Of a DNA stretch of 64,000 bases, positions 1 to 9,924 are shown one piece after another (the first letter of the stretch is position 1; every line of letters begins with the position of its first letter). Made by a program: the position numbers and the translations under genes. Origin of the DNA: an uncultured Candidatus Rokubacteria bacterium (GTDB lineage: Bacteria; Methylomirabilota; Methylomirabilia; Rokubacteriales; DASRDR01); NCBI GenBank assembly GCA_963805625.1, contig CAWDVE010000013.1, forward strand, positions 288,001 through 352,000, read 5' to 3'. A model generated the notes under the pieces. That model saw nothing but the letters and a program-made list of their open reading frames with translations, was not told the origin of the DNA and did not search any database.

Positions 1-187
1 ACTCCATGATGTCGCCGCGCTCGACCAGCTCGGGGCTCCGCGAGCGGGCCAGGAAATAGCGGTCCGGCAGCCGCGGGTGCCGGATGCTGATGTGACCGAA
101 GGCGTCGATCACGCCTTCATTGGCGAGAATCCTGTTGGCGATGACGAGGTCGTCCAGGGCGGCGTCGTAGTCTGTCGCGTCTGACAC
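1..187 (-). CDS. class II aldolase/adducin family protein (N-terminal part, runs off window)
   Basis: Not in ORF track. Manual translation from GTG at 187 (AGGAG RBS upstream): MSDATDYDAALDDLVIANRILANEGVIDAFGHISIRHPRLPDRYFLARSRSPELV. Confidence 0.8.
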   Translation of the reverse strand, partial: MSDATDYDAALDDLVIANRILANEGVIDAFGHISIRHPRLPDRYFLARSRSPELVERGDIME

Positions 188-206
188 CGGATGGTCTCCT
201 CTCCAG

Positions 207-2210
207 CTAGCCGTACCCGAACCAGGTGAGCAGGCCGCCGGGCGGAAACGGCACCCCCAGCACCCGCTCGAACAGCCCGTACACGAAGATGAACCCGCCC
301 AGGCTCACCGCCAGGCTGGGCACCCATCGTTCACGCGCGCCGAGCTTGAGGTAGAGGAACGTCGTCAAGAGGGTAGCGCCCGCGAAACCCACCAGCCAGA
401 TGGCCACGAACATCCCGACGATCCACGCGGCGATCTCCGCGGTGCGCCACCCGGCCATCGCCGACGGCACGCTGGGTGTGGCCTCGGCCAGGCCGGGACC
501 CGGATTCTCCGGGCGCCCGGAGAGGTCGCGTACAAACTGCATGATTGCCAGACAGAGGGTCGGCACGGTCACGGCCCACGGGAAGAGACCGGCGCGCCAC
601 CCGAAGCTCCGGCTCTGCCAGAGCGCCCAGGCGAACAGAAGCACGACGGCGAGGCTGAACGCCGCCCCCTCGTCGAGCCGGAGGCGGCGGGGCGCGCCCG
701 CCCTTGCCGTCTCGGCCGGCGTCCGCCGCCGGCCCCGCCTGCGCACGAGCGGGACCACGAGGCCGACCACGGCGATCCCGATCAGGAGCAGCACCCCGGG
801 CCGGAGGAGCCAGGCCGCGCCGTAGTTGTCCGTGGACAGGAACAGCCGGTTCTCGGCGAGAGGTCCCAGGACGAGCCCGAGGAGGAGCGGCGGTCGCGGC
901 CATCCAAGCCGCGCCATCGCGAGCCCGAGCGCCCCGAACACGAGCACGACTCCGAGGTCCTGAAACACGTTCTTCTCGGCGAAGGCCCCGACGTAGACGA
1001 GCGTCAGGATGAAGGGAACGAGCAACGTGCCGCGGATCCGGGTGATGCGGGCCAGCTGGCCCATGAAGAGGAGGCAGACAGCGACCGTGATCACGTTCGA
1101 GATCACTATCGTCCACACCATCGCCAGCGTCACGGCCAGATGACCCTTGGGGGCCGGCGCGAGCATCGTCGGCCCCGGCACCAGGCCCTGGATGATGAAC
1201 GCGCCCATGAGGATGGCCGTGCTCACGCTGGCCGGCACGCCGAACGCGACGGTGGTGATCAGGCTGCCGCCGAGCGTCGAGTTGTTGGCGGCGCCCGGGC
1301 CGAGGACACCCTCGACCGCGCCCTTCCCGAACCGCACACGATCGGGTGAGCTCTGGACCGCGTGAGCATAGGCCAGCCACTGGGTGGTCGCTGCCCCCAG
1401 GCCCGGGATGATCGAGGCGAAGGTGCCAACGGCGCTGCACCGAAGCACGAGGAACCAGTGGCGGAAGGTGTCGCGGACGCCCTGCCACACCCCTCCGACC
1501 TGGCCCACGGTCACCTGGGCGATGCTCGAGCGCTGGACTGCCAGATCGACGAGCTCCGGGATCGCGTAGAAGCCGATGGTGACCGGCACGAGGCCGATCC
1601 CGTCCCAGAGGAAGAGCTGGCCGAAGGTGTACCGCTGCGTGCCGGTCATCGGATCGAGGCCGATCGTGGCCAGCCAGAGGCCAATGCCGCCCGCCACCAG
1701 CCCCCGGAGCAGCGCCTCACCGCTCAGCGAGGCCACGAAGGTGATCCCCAGCACCGACAGCATGAAGAACTCGGGGGAGCCGAAAGCAAGCACGAGCGGA
1801 CGCACGATCGGGATGGCCAGCCCGAGGACCAGCGCGCCGAAGACGGCCCCGATGAGGGAGCTCATCATGGCCGCCCCCAGGGCCCGGCCGGCTTCTCCGC
1901 GCTTCGCCATCGCGTGGCCGTCCACGATCACGGCGGCCGAGGTGGGCTCGCCCGGGATGCCGAACAGGATCGACGTGATGTCGCCGGTCGTGTTCGTCAC
2001 CGCCAGCATGCCGAGGAGGAAGGCGAATGCCTCGACCGGGTTCATCTTGAGGACGAAGGGCAGCATGAGGGCCAGCGTGGTGGGTCCGCCGAGGCCGGGG
2101 AGAATGCCGACGGCGAATCCGATGGCCACGCCGATCAGCATCAGTCCGAAAGTGGGCCAGGCGACGACCTGGGCCAGCCCGGTCAGGGCGGCGTGAACGA
2201 GATCAGCTAT
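207..2210 (-). CDS. tctA: tripartite tricarboxylate transporter permease TctA with fused C-terminal TctB-like domain
   Basis: GILPGLGGPTTLALMLP, ILFGIPGEPTSAA and GPGAANNS motifs; extra ~4 TM C-terminal region. Start uncertain (ATA at 2210 with GGGAG RBS, or a downstream ATG). Confidence 0.85.
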   Translation of the reverse strand: MADLVHAALTGLAQVVAWPTFGLMLIGVAIGFAVGILPGLGGPTTLALMLPFVLKMNPVEAFAFLLGMLAVTNTTGDITSILFGIPGEPTSAAVIVDGHAMAKRGEAGRALGAAMMSSLIGAVFGALVLGLAIPIVRPLVLAFGSPEFFMLSVLGITFVASLSGEALLRGLVAGGIGLWLATIGLDPMTGTQRYTFGQLFLWDGIGLVPVTIGFYAIPELVDLAVQRSSIAQVTVGQVGGVWQGVRDTFRHWFLVLRCSAVGTFASIIPGLGAATTQWLAYAHAVQSSPDRVRFGKGAVEGVLGPGAANNSTLGGSLITTVAFGVPASVSTAILMGAFIIQGLVPGPTMLAPAPKGHLAVTLAMVWTIVISNVITVAVCLLFMGQLARITRIRGTLLVPFILTLVYVGAFAEKNVFQDLGVVLVFGALGLAMARLGWPRPPLLLGLVLGPLAENRLFLSTDNYGAAWLLRPGVLLLIGIAVVGLVVPLVRRRGRRRTPAETARAGAPRRLRLDEGAAFSLAVVLLFAWALWQSRSFGWRAGLFPWAVTVPTLCLAIMQFVRDLSGRPENPGPGLAEATPSVPSAMAGWRTAEIAAWIVGMFVAIWLVGFAGATLLTTFLYLKLGARERWVPSLAVSLGGFIFVYGLFERVLGVPFPPGGLLTWFGYG

Positions 2211-2560
2211 CGGAGCAGCTCCCGCAGCTTCGCCACGACCGTGGCGTTGAGGCCGAACAGCTCGTTGACGACCTGTTCGAACTGCTCGCCCGCGATGGGG
2301 TCGACGTCGAGCTTGCTCCGGCCGGCGTCGGTCAGGAACTCCGGGTTCCTCAGCGTCGCCAGGAACGCGGCGCGCAGAATCCGCGCGAGCTCCGCTTGGA
2401 TCCCGGGTAGGAGTGCATAGGCTCGAGCGATCGTGCCGGGGACCATGATCCCGGCGCGGATCAGCTGTCGGGCCTCCTCGGTCCTCGCGAAGTCGAGCGC
2501 GAGAGGAACGTCGGGCAGCTCCGGCAGCGGCTTCGTGCCCGTCTGCCCGCATAGTACTCG
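2207..2560 (-). pseudogene. C-terminal remnant of TctC/Bug-family substrate-binding protein
   Basis: PELPDVPLALDFA...LRAAFLATLRNPEFLTDAGRSKLDVDPIAGEQ resembles a Bug C-terminus; N-terminal two thirds and signal peptide absent. Confidence 0.7.
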
Positions 2561-2761
2561 TCCCGGGCCGTGGCCGGCCTTGCCAGAGTGCCGAGGCTCA
2601 GGAAGACACAGCCACGGAAGCCGCGCACGCATCCCTCTCAACGGTTCACTTCCCCACGGCGAGTGGCTCGGAGTGCTGGGCGCGCAGGCGCGCGTGCGTC
2701 CCGGTTCCATCGATCCCGTGGGCATGCTAGGTTATCGAGCCGAGACGCGTCAACTCGGACG

Positions 2762-3742
2762 ATGGCCACGCTCGCGCTCACGCTCGCCTGCGGCGACTAC
2801 GACCGCACCCTTCCCCTCCGGACCGGCGCCGTGCGGCCGGACGGCGTGGAGCTCGAGGTGCTCGCGCTGGAGCCCGAGGAGATGTTCTACCGGATGGCGC
2901 GGCGTCGCGACTTCGACGTGGCGGAGTTTTCGCTGGCCACCTACACGGTGCTACGCGGTCGAGGCGAGCCATTGGTCGCCATTCCGGTCTTCCCGTCCTT
3001 CGCGTTCCGGCATTCGGCAATCTTCGTGCGCAGCGACGCGGGCATCCGGGAACCGCGCGACCTCGTCGGGAAGCGCGTGGGAGTGCCCAAGTACCACATG
3101 ACGGCCGCGGTGTGGGTGCGGGGCATCCTGGAGGACGAGTACGGCGTGTCGCCGAGCGACCTCCACTGGTTCGAGGGCGGGGAGGGCACGGCGGTGAAGG
3201 AGGTCGACGTGACGCTGCCGCCCGGGCTCCGCCACCAGGTGGTACCCGGCGACCGGAACCTCGGCCATCTCCTGGCCGCGGGAGAGCTGGACGCCTTCAT
3301 CGGCGCCCGCCGGCCAGCCAGCGCTGGCAGCGCCAAAGAGCCCCCACCCGTGCGCCGCCTGTTCCCCGACTTCCGCCGTGTGGAGCGAGCCTACTTCGAG
3401 AAGACGGGGATCTTTCCGATCATGCACACGGTCGTCCTGAAGGAGGAGCTCGTCCGGGAGCATCCCTGGCTCCCACGCTCGCTCTACGAGGCATTCGCCG
3501 AAGCCAAGCGCCTCGCCTATCGGCGAATCGCCGACACGGCGGTTCTGCCCTACGTCCTGCCGTGGCTCGTGGCCGAGGTAGAGGAGACTCGGGCGCTGAT
3601 GGGGGACGATCCCTTTCCGTACGGCGTCAGCCGGAACCGCAAGACCGTGGAGACCCTGGCCGGCTACTCGTTCCGTCAGGGCCTGGCTCCGCGCCGTCTC
3701 GCGGTGGAGGAGCTCTTCTGTGAGTCACTGCTCGACACGTAA
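2762..3742 (+). CDS. 4,5-dihydroxyphthalate decarboxylase-like protein (SBP fold)
   Basis: LTLACGDYDRT, FDVAEFSL, PVFPSFAFRHS and TGIFPIMHTVV motifs. Confidence 0.85.
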   Translation: MATLALTLACGDYDRTLPLRTGAVRPDGVELEVLALEPEEMFYRMARRRDFDVAEFSLATYTVLRGRGEPLVAIPVFPSFAFRHSAIFVRSDAGIREPRDLVGKRVGVPKYHMTAAVWVRGILEDEYGVSPSDLHWFEGGEGTAVKEVDVTLPPGLRHQVVPGDRNLGHLLAAGELDAFIGARRPASAGSAKEPPPVRRLFPDFRRVERAYFEKTGIFPIMHTVVLKEELVREHPWLPRSLYEAFAEAKRLAYRRIADTAVLPYVLPWLVAEVEETRALMGDDPFPYGVSRNRKTVETLAGYSFRQGLAPRRLAVEELFCESLLDT

Positions 3743-3812
3743 GGCACCCTTCGAGCTGAGGTCGCCCTCAGGGGCTTCGCCCGGCATGCAGACGATCGAG
3801 CTCTACGACGCT

Positions 3813-4085
3813 CTACTGGCAGGCGAGCGTGCCGCCGACCCGGGAGCAGTTCGGGGGGACGGGCGGCGGGACCGGCTGCTGCCGCTGAAGGAGCTGGAAC
3901 TGCAGGCTCCGCTCCTGCTGTTGCTGCAGGCTCCCTCCCTGGCGCTCCATCTCCCGGCGGACCTCGCCCTGCTGCGTCGTGACATCCTGTCGCTGGCGCT
4001 CTATCGCCCCCGTCAGGCCGCCCGACTGGGCGGTCGCCACCGCCGCGAAGATCATCACGAGGACCGCCGCAACAGTCAGTCTCAT
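3813..4085 (-). CDS. small secreted Gln-rich hypothetical protein
   Basis: Signal peptide MRLTVAAVLVMIFAAVATA; C-terminal CSRVGGTLAC Cys pair. Confidence 0.6.
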   Translation of the reverse strand: MRLTVAAVLVMIFAAVATAQSGGLTGAIERQRQDVTTQQGEVRREMERQGGSLQQQQERSLQFQLLQRQQPVPPPVPPNCSRVGGTLACQ

Positions 4086-4191
4086 GGCTTCATTGTCGCG
4101 CCGAAGGGCTCGGCGTCAAGTAAGCCGCGCTGACCGAGATCGCGCGTGGAGCCGAGTCGGGTGGATGCAGGCTGAGCTAGAATCGGGACCC

Positions 4192-5406
4192 ATGGCAACG
4201 GAGTCCGCACGGAACATGCGGCTGCTCGCCCACGACCAGCTGAACGGCTTCGGCAACTGCGGCGAGGGCATGGCCATCCAGCTCACCCGGGATGGCCGGC
4301 GGGTCCTGTGGCTCGCCCACGAGTCGCCGCCCAAGAACGTGACGGCGGTGGACGTGACGGAGCCGCGGAAGCCCGGAATCATCTTCCAGAGCGACCTACC
4401 CCATGGCGAGATGCGCTCGAACTCACTCGACGTGGCCGGGGACCTGCTGATCGTTGCCTATCAGACGAGCCGCCCGGGCTTGCAGCCGGCCGGATTCGAG
4501 ATCCTCGACGTGGCCGACCCTGCGCGCCCGCGGACCGTGGCGACGTTCGACGCATCGGGACCCGCATCCAGGGGGGTTCACCATCTCTGGTTCGTGGACG
4601 GGAGCTACGTCCACCTGAGCGGCGGGGCGGCCGATTTCACGCCCCGCAACCGGAAGGACGACCAGTGCTACCGGATCGTGGACGTCCGCGATCCTGTTCG
4701 GCCGCGCGAGGTCGGCCGCTGGTGGCTGCCGGGGACCCGGGACGGCGACGCGGATCCCCCGCCCGCGAGGCACCCGAAGTTCGACACCGGCTTCCGCGCC
4801 CACAACACAAACGTCTACCCCACGCGTCCGGATCGAGCGTATGTCGGCTACATCGACGGGGGCGCCGTCGTCCTCGACATCTCCGACATGGCGCACCCCC
4901 GGCTCGTCAGCCGGTGGGACTACCATCCGCCCTTCGCCGGGTTCACCCACACGCTTCTGCCGCTCTTCGACAGGGAGCTCATCGTCGTCTCCGACGAGTC
5001 CACGGCCGACGGCGCCGCCGACTGGCCGAAGCTCGTGTGGGTCCTCGACGCGCGCGACGAGACGAACCTGGTGCCGATCAGCACCTGCCCCCTGCCCCCC
5101 GTCGCCGAGTTCGGCGGACGCGGCGGCCGCTACGGGGCGCACAACCTCCACGAGAACCGGCCAGCGCCCGGGTCCTGGGTATCGGAGACGGTGATCCTGG
5201 GAACCTTCTTCAACGGCGGCGTCCGCGCGTTCGACCTCTCCGACCCCTTTCGACCGGAGGAGGTCGCGCACTTCGTGCCGCCAGCCCCGGGCGGATCGCC
5301 GCGCGGCGCCGCCCAGCTGAACGACGTATTCGTCGACGAGCGCGGGATCGTCTACACGGTCGACCGGTTCACCGGAGGCCTCTACATCCTGGAGATGCGG
5401 CTCTAG
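4192..5406 (+). CDS. LVIVD repeat protein
   Basis: Repeated (I/V)xD(V/I)xDPxxP motifs; His-rich HHLW, AHN, THT and GAHN motifs. Confidence 0.85.
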   Translation: MATESARNMRLLAHDQLNGFGNCGEGMAIQLTRDGRRVLWLAHESPPKNVTAVDVTEPRKPGIIFQSDLPHGEMRSNSLDVAGDLLIVAYQTSRPGLQPAGFEILDVADPARPRTVATFDASGPASRGVHHLWFVDGSYVHLSGGAADFTPRNRKDDQCYRIVDVRDPVRPREVGRWWLPGTRDGDADPPPARHPKFDTGFRAHNTNVYPTRPDRAYVGYIDGGAVVLDISDMAHPRLVSRWDYHPPFAGFTHTLLPLFDRELIVVSDESTADGAADWPKLVWVLDARDETNLVPISTCPLPPVAEFGGRGGRYGAHNLHENRPAPGSWVSETVILGTFFNGGVRAFDLSDPFRPEEVAHFVPPAPGGSPRGAAQLNDVFVDERGIVYTVDRFTGGLYILEMRL

Positions 5407-5473
5407 GCGACGGCAGTTCTCGGGGGGGCGAGCGCCGAATCGGGCGCGGCGTCGACGCCGCGAACGGCAGCGC

Positions 5474-5560
5474 TCAGAGGCCGAGGAACCGTGCCGCCGT
5501 GCCCCCCTCGACGAGTGCCCGCGCGCCCGGATCGAGCCCCGCCTCGCCGAAGACAAGGCC
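5474..5560 (-). pseudogene. possible amidohydrolase C-terminal remnant
   Basis: AGLDPGARALVEGGTAARFLGL-stop resembles typical amidohydrolase_2 C-termini. Confidence 0.4.
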
Positions 5561-5622
5561 TGCGCCGACGACAACTGCCTCTCCTGGTCCGCGCCCGCGG
5601 CACGCTCGCCGCCGGGCCGGGA

Positions 5623-5652
5623 TTGACACCGTCGCAGCCCCGCCCGTACGTT
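5623..5652 (+). promoter_or_regulatory. sigma70-type promoter
   Basis: TTGACA-N18-TACGTT upstream of the LLM gene. Confidence 0.5.
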
Positions 5653-5678
5653 GGACGCGCCGTGTCGAAGGGAGCCGC

Positions 5679-6923
5679 ATGAAGATCAGTGCGTTCCACC
5701 TGATGCCGCACCGCGAGCTGCCGGCGGACTTCGAACGGCGCTACGAGTCCGTCTGGGTGACGCCTCCATGGTGGGAGCTGGCCGACGCCCGCCGCGTGGG
5801 CCAATACTACAACTGGACGCTGGACGAGCTCCTGCACGCGGCCCGGTCCGGCTTCGACGGCCTCTGCACCAACGAGCATCACCAGAACGCCTACGGTTTC
5901 ATGCCGAGCCCGAACCTCATGGGGAGCGTTCTCGCGAAGCTCACACAGGGCTCGAACGTCGCCATCGTCCAGATGGGCTCCACCCTCCCCACCTCGAACC
6001 CGCCCATCCGCGTCGCCGAGGAGTACGCGATGCTGGACTGCATCAGCGGCGGGCGCCTGGTGGCCGGCCTGCCGCTCGGCAGTCCGATGGACGTGAACCT
6101 CTGCTACGGCATCACCCCGATGGAGCAGCGGGAGCGCTACCGGGAGGCCTTCGCCCTGACCCTGAAGGCCTGGCAGGCGCGGGAGCTGTTCGCCTGGAAC
6201 GGCCGGTACTACCAGCTGGCCAACGTGAACCTCTGGCCGCGCCCCGTCCAGGAACCCCATCCACCGGTGTGGGTCCCGGGCTCGGGCAGCGTCAGCACCT
6301 TCGACTTCGCCGTCGAGCACGACGTCTGCTACTGCTTCCTCAGCTACTCGGGGGCGCGGCCGGCCAAGACCCTGATGGACGCCTACTGGGAGGTGGTTTC
6401 GAGGAACGGGCGGGAGCCCAACCCCTACCGCGCCGGCTTCCTCCAGCTCGTCGCCGTGTCCGAGACGGACGCCCGCGCCGAGGAGGAGTACGCGCGGCAC
6501 GTCGAGTACTTCTACCACAAGTGCCTCCATGTGCCGGCCCCGTGGTTTTCGCCGCCCGGAAACCAGGACTACCGGAGCCTCCTCGCCACGGCGCGGAATC
6601 CGGTGCGCCGCACGGAAAACGCCAAGGACCTCCGCTACCGTGACTTCGCGGAGCGGGGCTACGTCATCGCCGGGAGCCCCGCCACCGTCCGCCAGCGCCT
6701 CGAGGAGGAGGTCGTGAAGGGTCTCCGTGTCGGGAACCTGATGCTGCTCGTGCAGATCGGGTCGATGCCCCACGAACTGACCCTGAAGAACATCACCCTC
6801 CTCGCCACCGAGGTCCTTCCGCATCTCCGTGGCATCTGGAACCACGAGGGGTGGGTGAACCACTGGTGGCCCCTGGAGCTCCGCGACGCCACGCCGGCGC
6901 CGATGGCCCGAGCAGCCGTCTGA
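5679..6923 (+). CDS. LLM class flavin-dependent oxidoreductase
   Basis: GFDGLCTNEHHQNAYG, RVAEEYAMLDCISGGRL and PRPVQEPHPPVW; GGAG RBS. Confidence 0.9.
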   Translation: MKISAFHLMPHRELPADFERRYESVWVTPPWWELADARRVGQYYNWTLDELLHAARSGFDGLCTNEHHQNAYGFMPSPNLMGSVLAKLTQGSNVAIVQMGSTLPTSNPPIRVAEEYAMLDCISGGRLVAGLPLGSPMDVNLCYGITPMEQRERYREAFALTLKAWQARELFAWNGRYYQLANVNLWPRPVQEPHPPVWVPGSGSVSTFDFAVEHDVCYCFLSYSGARPAKTLMDAYWEVVSRNGREPNPYRAGFLQLVAVSETDARAEEEYARHVEYFYHKCLHVPAPWFSPPGNQDYRSLLATARNPVRRTENAKDLRYRDFAERGYVIAGSPATVRQRLEEEVVKGLRVGNLMLLVQIGSMPHELTLKNITLLATEVLPHLRGIWNHEGWVNHWWPLELRDATPAPMARAAV

Positions 6924-7717
6924 TGGCTCCGACGGCACGGACCGTTCCCGTCTGGCAAGACCAGGTCCACATGCGCGTTCTGTCCAAAGGCCGCGGACCC
7001 ACGGTCGTCTTCTTCCACGGTCCCTGGGGCCTCACCTGGAATCCCTTCCTGGACGAGCTGGCTCGGAGCTTCACGGTCCACGCCCCGGAGCATCCCGGCA
7101 CCAGCCCCGGGCGACCCGACGACATCCACCATCTCGACGGCATATGGGATCTGGTCCTCTGCTATGACGAGCTGCTGGATGCGCTCGGGCTCTCTCGGCC
7201 CATCCTCGTGGGCCACTCCTTCGGTGGCATGGTCGCCTGCGAGGCTGCGGCCGCCCGCCCGGCTCGTGTCGACCGCCTGGTGCTCATCGACGCGCTCGGG
7301 CTCTGGCGCGACGACGTCCCGATTCCCAACTGGATGCTCCTGAATCACGGGGACCTCGTCAGCCACGTCTTTCGCGACACCGACGGCGAGGCCGCGCGGC
7401 GAATGTTCGCTCCGCCGGAGGATCCCGACGCCCGGGTCATGGCCCGCGTGGGACTCCAGTGGGCCATGGGCGCCACGGGAAAGTTCCTGTGGCCGATCCC
7501 CGACAAGGGGTTGAAGAAGCGCATCCACCGGATCCAGGTCCCCACCTTGGTCGTCTGGGGCAAGGAGGACCGGATAGTCCCCCCAATCTATGCCGAGGAG
7601 TTCGTGCGGCGCATCCCCGGGGCGCGGGCGGAGACGGTGAACCAAGCCGGGCACGCGCCCCATCTGGAGCAGCCGGATGCGGTCGTCCGCCTCGTCCGCG
7701 GCTTCCTCGGCACGTAG
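6923..7717 (+). CDS. alpha/beta fold hydrolase
   Basis: GHSFGG nucleophile elbow, WGKED, GHAPHLE; TGATG coupling to the LLM gene. Confidence 0.9.
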   Translation: MAPTARTVPVWQDQVHMRVLSKGRGPTVVFFHGPWGLTWNPFLDELARSFTVHAPEHPGTSPGRPDDIHHLDGIWDLVLCYDELLDALGLSRPILVGHSFGGMVACEAAAARPARVDRLVLIDALGLWRDDVPIPNWMLLNHGDLVSHVFRDTDGEAARRMFAPPEDPDARVMARVGLQWAMGATGKFLWPIPDKGLKKRIHRIQVPTLVVWGKEDRIVPPIYAEEFVRRIPGARAETVNQAGHAPHLEQPDAVVRLVRGFLGT

Positions 7718-7898
7718 CTCTCGGACTCCGTCGGCTCGACCGGGAAGCTCGAGAAGGCCGGCACCCGGACCCTGCCCGCCTCCTGGCGCAGTCGGTCGCA
7801 GCGAGCGTGGACCGCCCCTTCAGGCTCGGTTGTCCGGCTCGTGAGACCGCGCTAAGCTTAGGCGGCGACGGCGGGCCCATCGCGGGGGAGGCGCAGCC

Positions 7899-8771
7899 AT
7901 GGCGGACGACAGGTACGACCGGACGACCCAGGACGTCGGCAACATCGTGGCGCTGGAGCACGTCAACGTCAAGATTCCCGACCAACAGCTCGCCACCCTC
8001 TTCTACGTCGTGGGCCTCGGGCTCACCCGCGACCCGTACCTCATGACCGGCCTCGAGAACATGTGGGTGAACGCGGGGCAGCAGCAGTTCCACCTGCCGA
8101 CCGGCATGCCCCAGGTGCTTCGAGGTGACGTGGGCCTGGTCATCCCCGACTTCGACGAGCTGCCGGGTCGCCTGGCCATGGTCAAGGGGCGGCTCGGGAC
8201 GACGCAGTTCGCCTATTCGGTGGAGGACAAGCACGTTCGCGTCGTCTCGCCCTGGGGCAACGTGATCCGCTGTCATCCGCCCGGTCCCTCCTTTGGAGAC
8301 ATGACGCTCGGCATGCCATACGTGGAGTTCTCCGTCGAGCAGGGCGCGGCGGACGGCATCGCGCGCTTCTACCGGGATGGATTGGGCGCGCCGGCGGTGG
8401 TGGCGCGAAACGGTGGCGGCGGGGTGGCGCGGGTCACCGTGGGACCCCACCAGGAGCTGATCTTTCGCGAGACGCCGGAGGCGATCCCGCCCTACGACGG
8501 GCACCACATCCAGATCTACATCACGAGCTTCTCCGGCCCGCACCGATGGCTCGCCGAGCGGGGCCTCATCACCGAGGAGAGCAGCTGGTACCAGTACCGG
8601 TTCCAGGACATCGTCGATCCCGATACCGGTCGGGTACTCTTCACGATCGAGCACGAGGTCCGGAGTCTCCGCAGCCCGCTCTACCTCCGCCCGCTGGTCA
8701 ACCGGAATGTCGCCCAGCGGCAGCCCACCTACCAGCGCGGGCGCGACGCCTTCGTGCCTGGAATGAGCTAG
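7899..8771 (+). CDS. VOC/glyoxalase-like protein
   Basis: LEHVNV...FYVVGLGL, QQFHLP and duplicated VOC-like motifs. Confidence 0.7.
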   Translation: MADDRYDRTTQDVGNIVALEHVNVKIPDQQLATLFYVVGLGLTRDPYLMTGLENMWVNAGQQQFHLPTGMPQVLRGDVGLVIPDFDELPGRLAMVKGRLGTTQFAYSVEDKHVRVVSPWGNVIRCHPPGPSFGDMTLGMPYVEFSVEQGAADGIARFYRDGLGAPAVVARNGGGGVARVTVGPHQELIFRETPEAIPPYDGHHIQIYITSFSGPHRWLAERGLITEESSWYQYRFQDIVDPDTGRVLFTIEHEVRSLRSPLYLRPLVNRNVAQRQPTYQRGRDAFVPGMS

Positions 8772-8926
8772 CACGGGCTCGGGAAAGGCTCGCCCAGCCG
8801 GCCGGCGGCATCACGCTCGACACCTCACGATCGTTCCGTTTCCAGCGGCACTACATCTAGCTCGCCGGGATCGACGGCCACCATGTTGCCCCATGGCTCC
8901 TAGATGAAACGTGAGGCGATCGAGCA

Positions 8927-9847
8927 GTGAGACATGAGCTGAGGTTCCAGGTCCTCATCTTGCCGAACACGTCCTGGGCCGAGATCCTGAGTCGCTTCAG
9001 GCATGTCGAGGACCTGGGGTTCGATCTGGCGACCACCGCCGACCACTTCGTCGACTGGAACAACCCGGCGGTGCCCTGGCTGGAGGCGTGGACCGTACTG
9101 GCCGCCGCGGCGCGCGAGACGACGCGGATTCGGCTCGCGACCTACGTCAGCCAGATCCCGCTCCGCAACCCCGCGATGCTGGCGCGCCAGGCGCTCACCG
9201 TGGATCACATCTCCGGTGGGCGGCTGGAGGTCGGCCTCGGCACCGGCCTGGCCATCGATCCGGCCTACGAGATGATCGGTATCCCCAACTGGGAGTCGAG
9301 GGAGCGTGTGGCGCGCTTCAAGGAGTACGTGCAGATCGTCGATCGGCTACTCTCGCACGAGAAATCCAGCTTCGAGGGCAGCTACTATCGCGTGAAGGAC
9401 GCGGCGATGAATCCCCGCCCCGTGCAGCGGCCGAGGCCGCCGATCGTCATCGCCGCGCTCGGGCCGGCGATGCTGCGGCACGCCGCGCGCTACGCCGACA
9501 ACTGGAACAGCCTGAGCTTCGCCGCCAGCTTCGAGAAGCAGCTCGCCGAGACGGCCGAGCGCATCGCGCGGATCGACGACGCTTGCGCCGCCATCGGCCG
9601 CGATCCGTCGTCGCTCCGGCGATCCTACCTGATGTTCGACCCCGCATCGCGGGCCACCGGTGGCCGCATCGCCTACTACGAGTCCGAAGATCTCTTCGTC
9701 GACATGGTGGGCCGCATCAGGGAGCTCGGCATCTCCGAGCTCGGCCTCTACTACCCCGTCCTGGGGGCGCAACGGCCGATGTTCGAGAAGATCGCGCGCG
9801 ACATCATTCCGAAGATGAAGGCCCCTGAGGCGTTCGTGACGGGATGA
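8927..9847 (+). CDS. LLM class flavin-dependent oxidoreductase
   Basis: ADHF, LRNPAMLARQALTVDHISGGRLEVGLG and PRPVQRPRPPI. Confidence 0.9.
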   Translation: MRHELRFQVLILPNTSWAEILSRFRHVEDLGFDLATTADHFVDWNNPAVPWLEAWTVLAAAARETTRIRLATYVSQIPLRNPAMLARQALTVDHISGGRLEVGLGTGLAIDPAYEMIGIPNWESRERVARFKEYVQIVDRLLSHEKSSFEGSYYRVKDAAMNPRPVQRPRPPIVIAALGPAMLRHAARYADNWNSLSFAASFEKQLAETAERIARIDDACAAIGRDPSSLRRSYLMFDPASRATGGRIAYYESEDLFVDMVGRIRELGISELGLYYPVLGAQRPMFEKIARDIIPKMKAPEAFVTG

Positions 9848-9924
9848 GCTGGACCAGGCCCGCCTGTCCCGGTTGACCGGAAAGTTCTAGCCCTGAACCA
9901 CTCAAGCCACGATCGATGCCATCC

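Noticed and set aside
4308-5678. N-terminal extension of the 871-aa ORF
   Set aside because: Arg/Gly-rich off-frame translation of the LVIVD gene; true LLM start is 5679 with RBS and promoter
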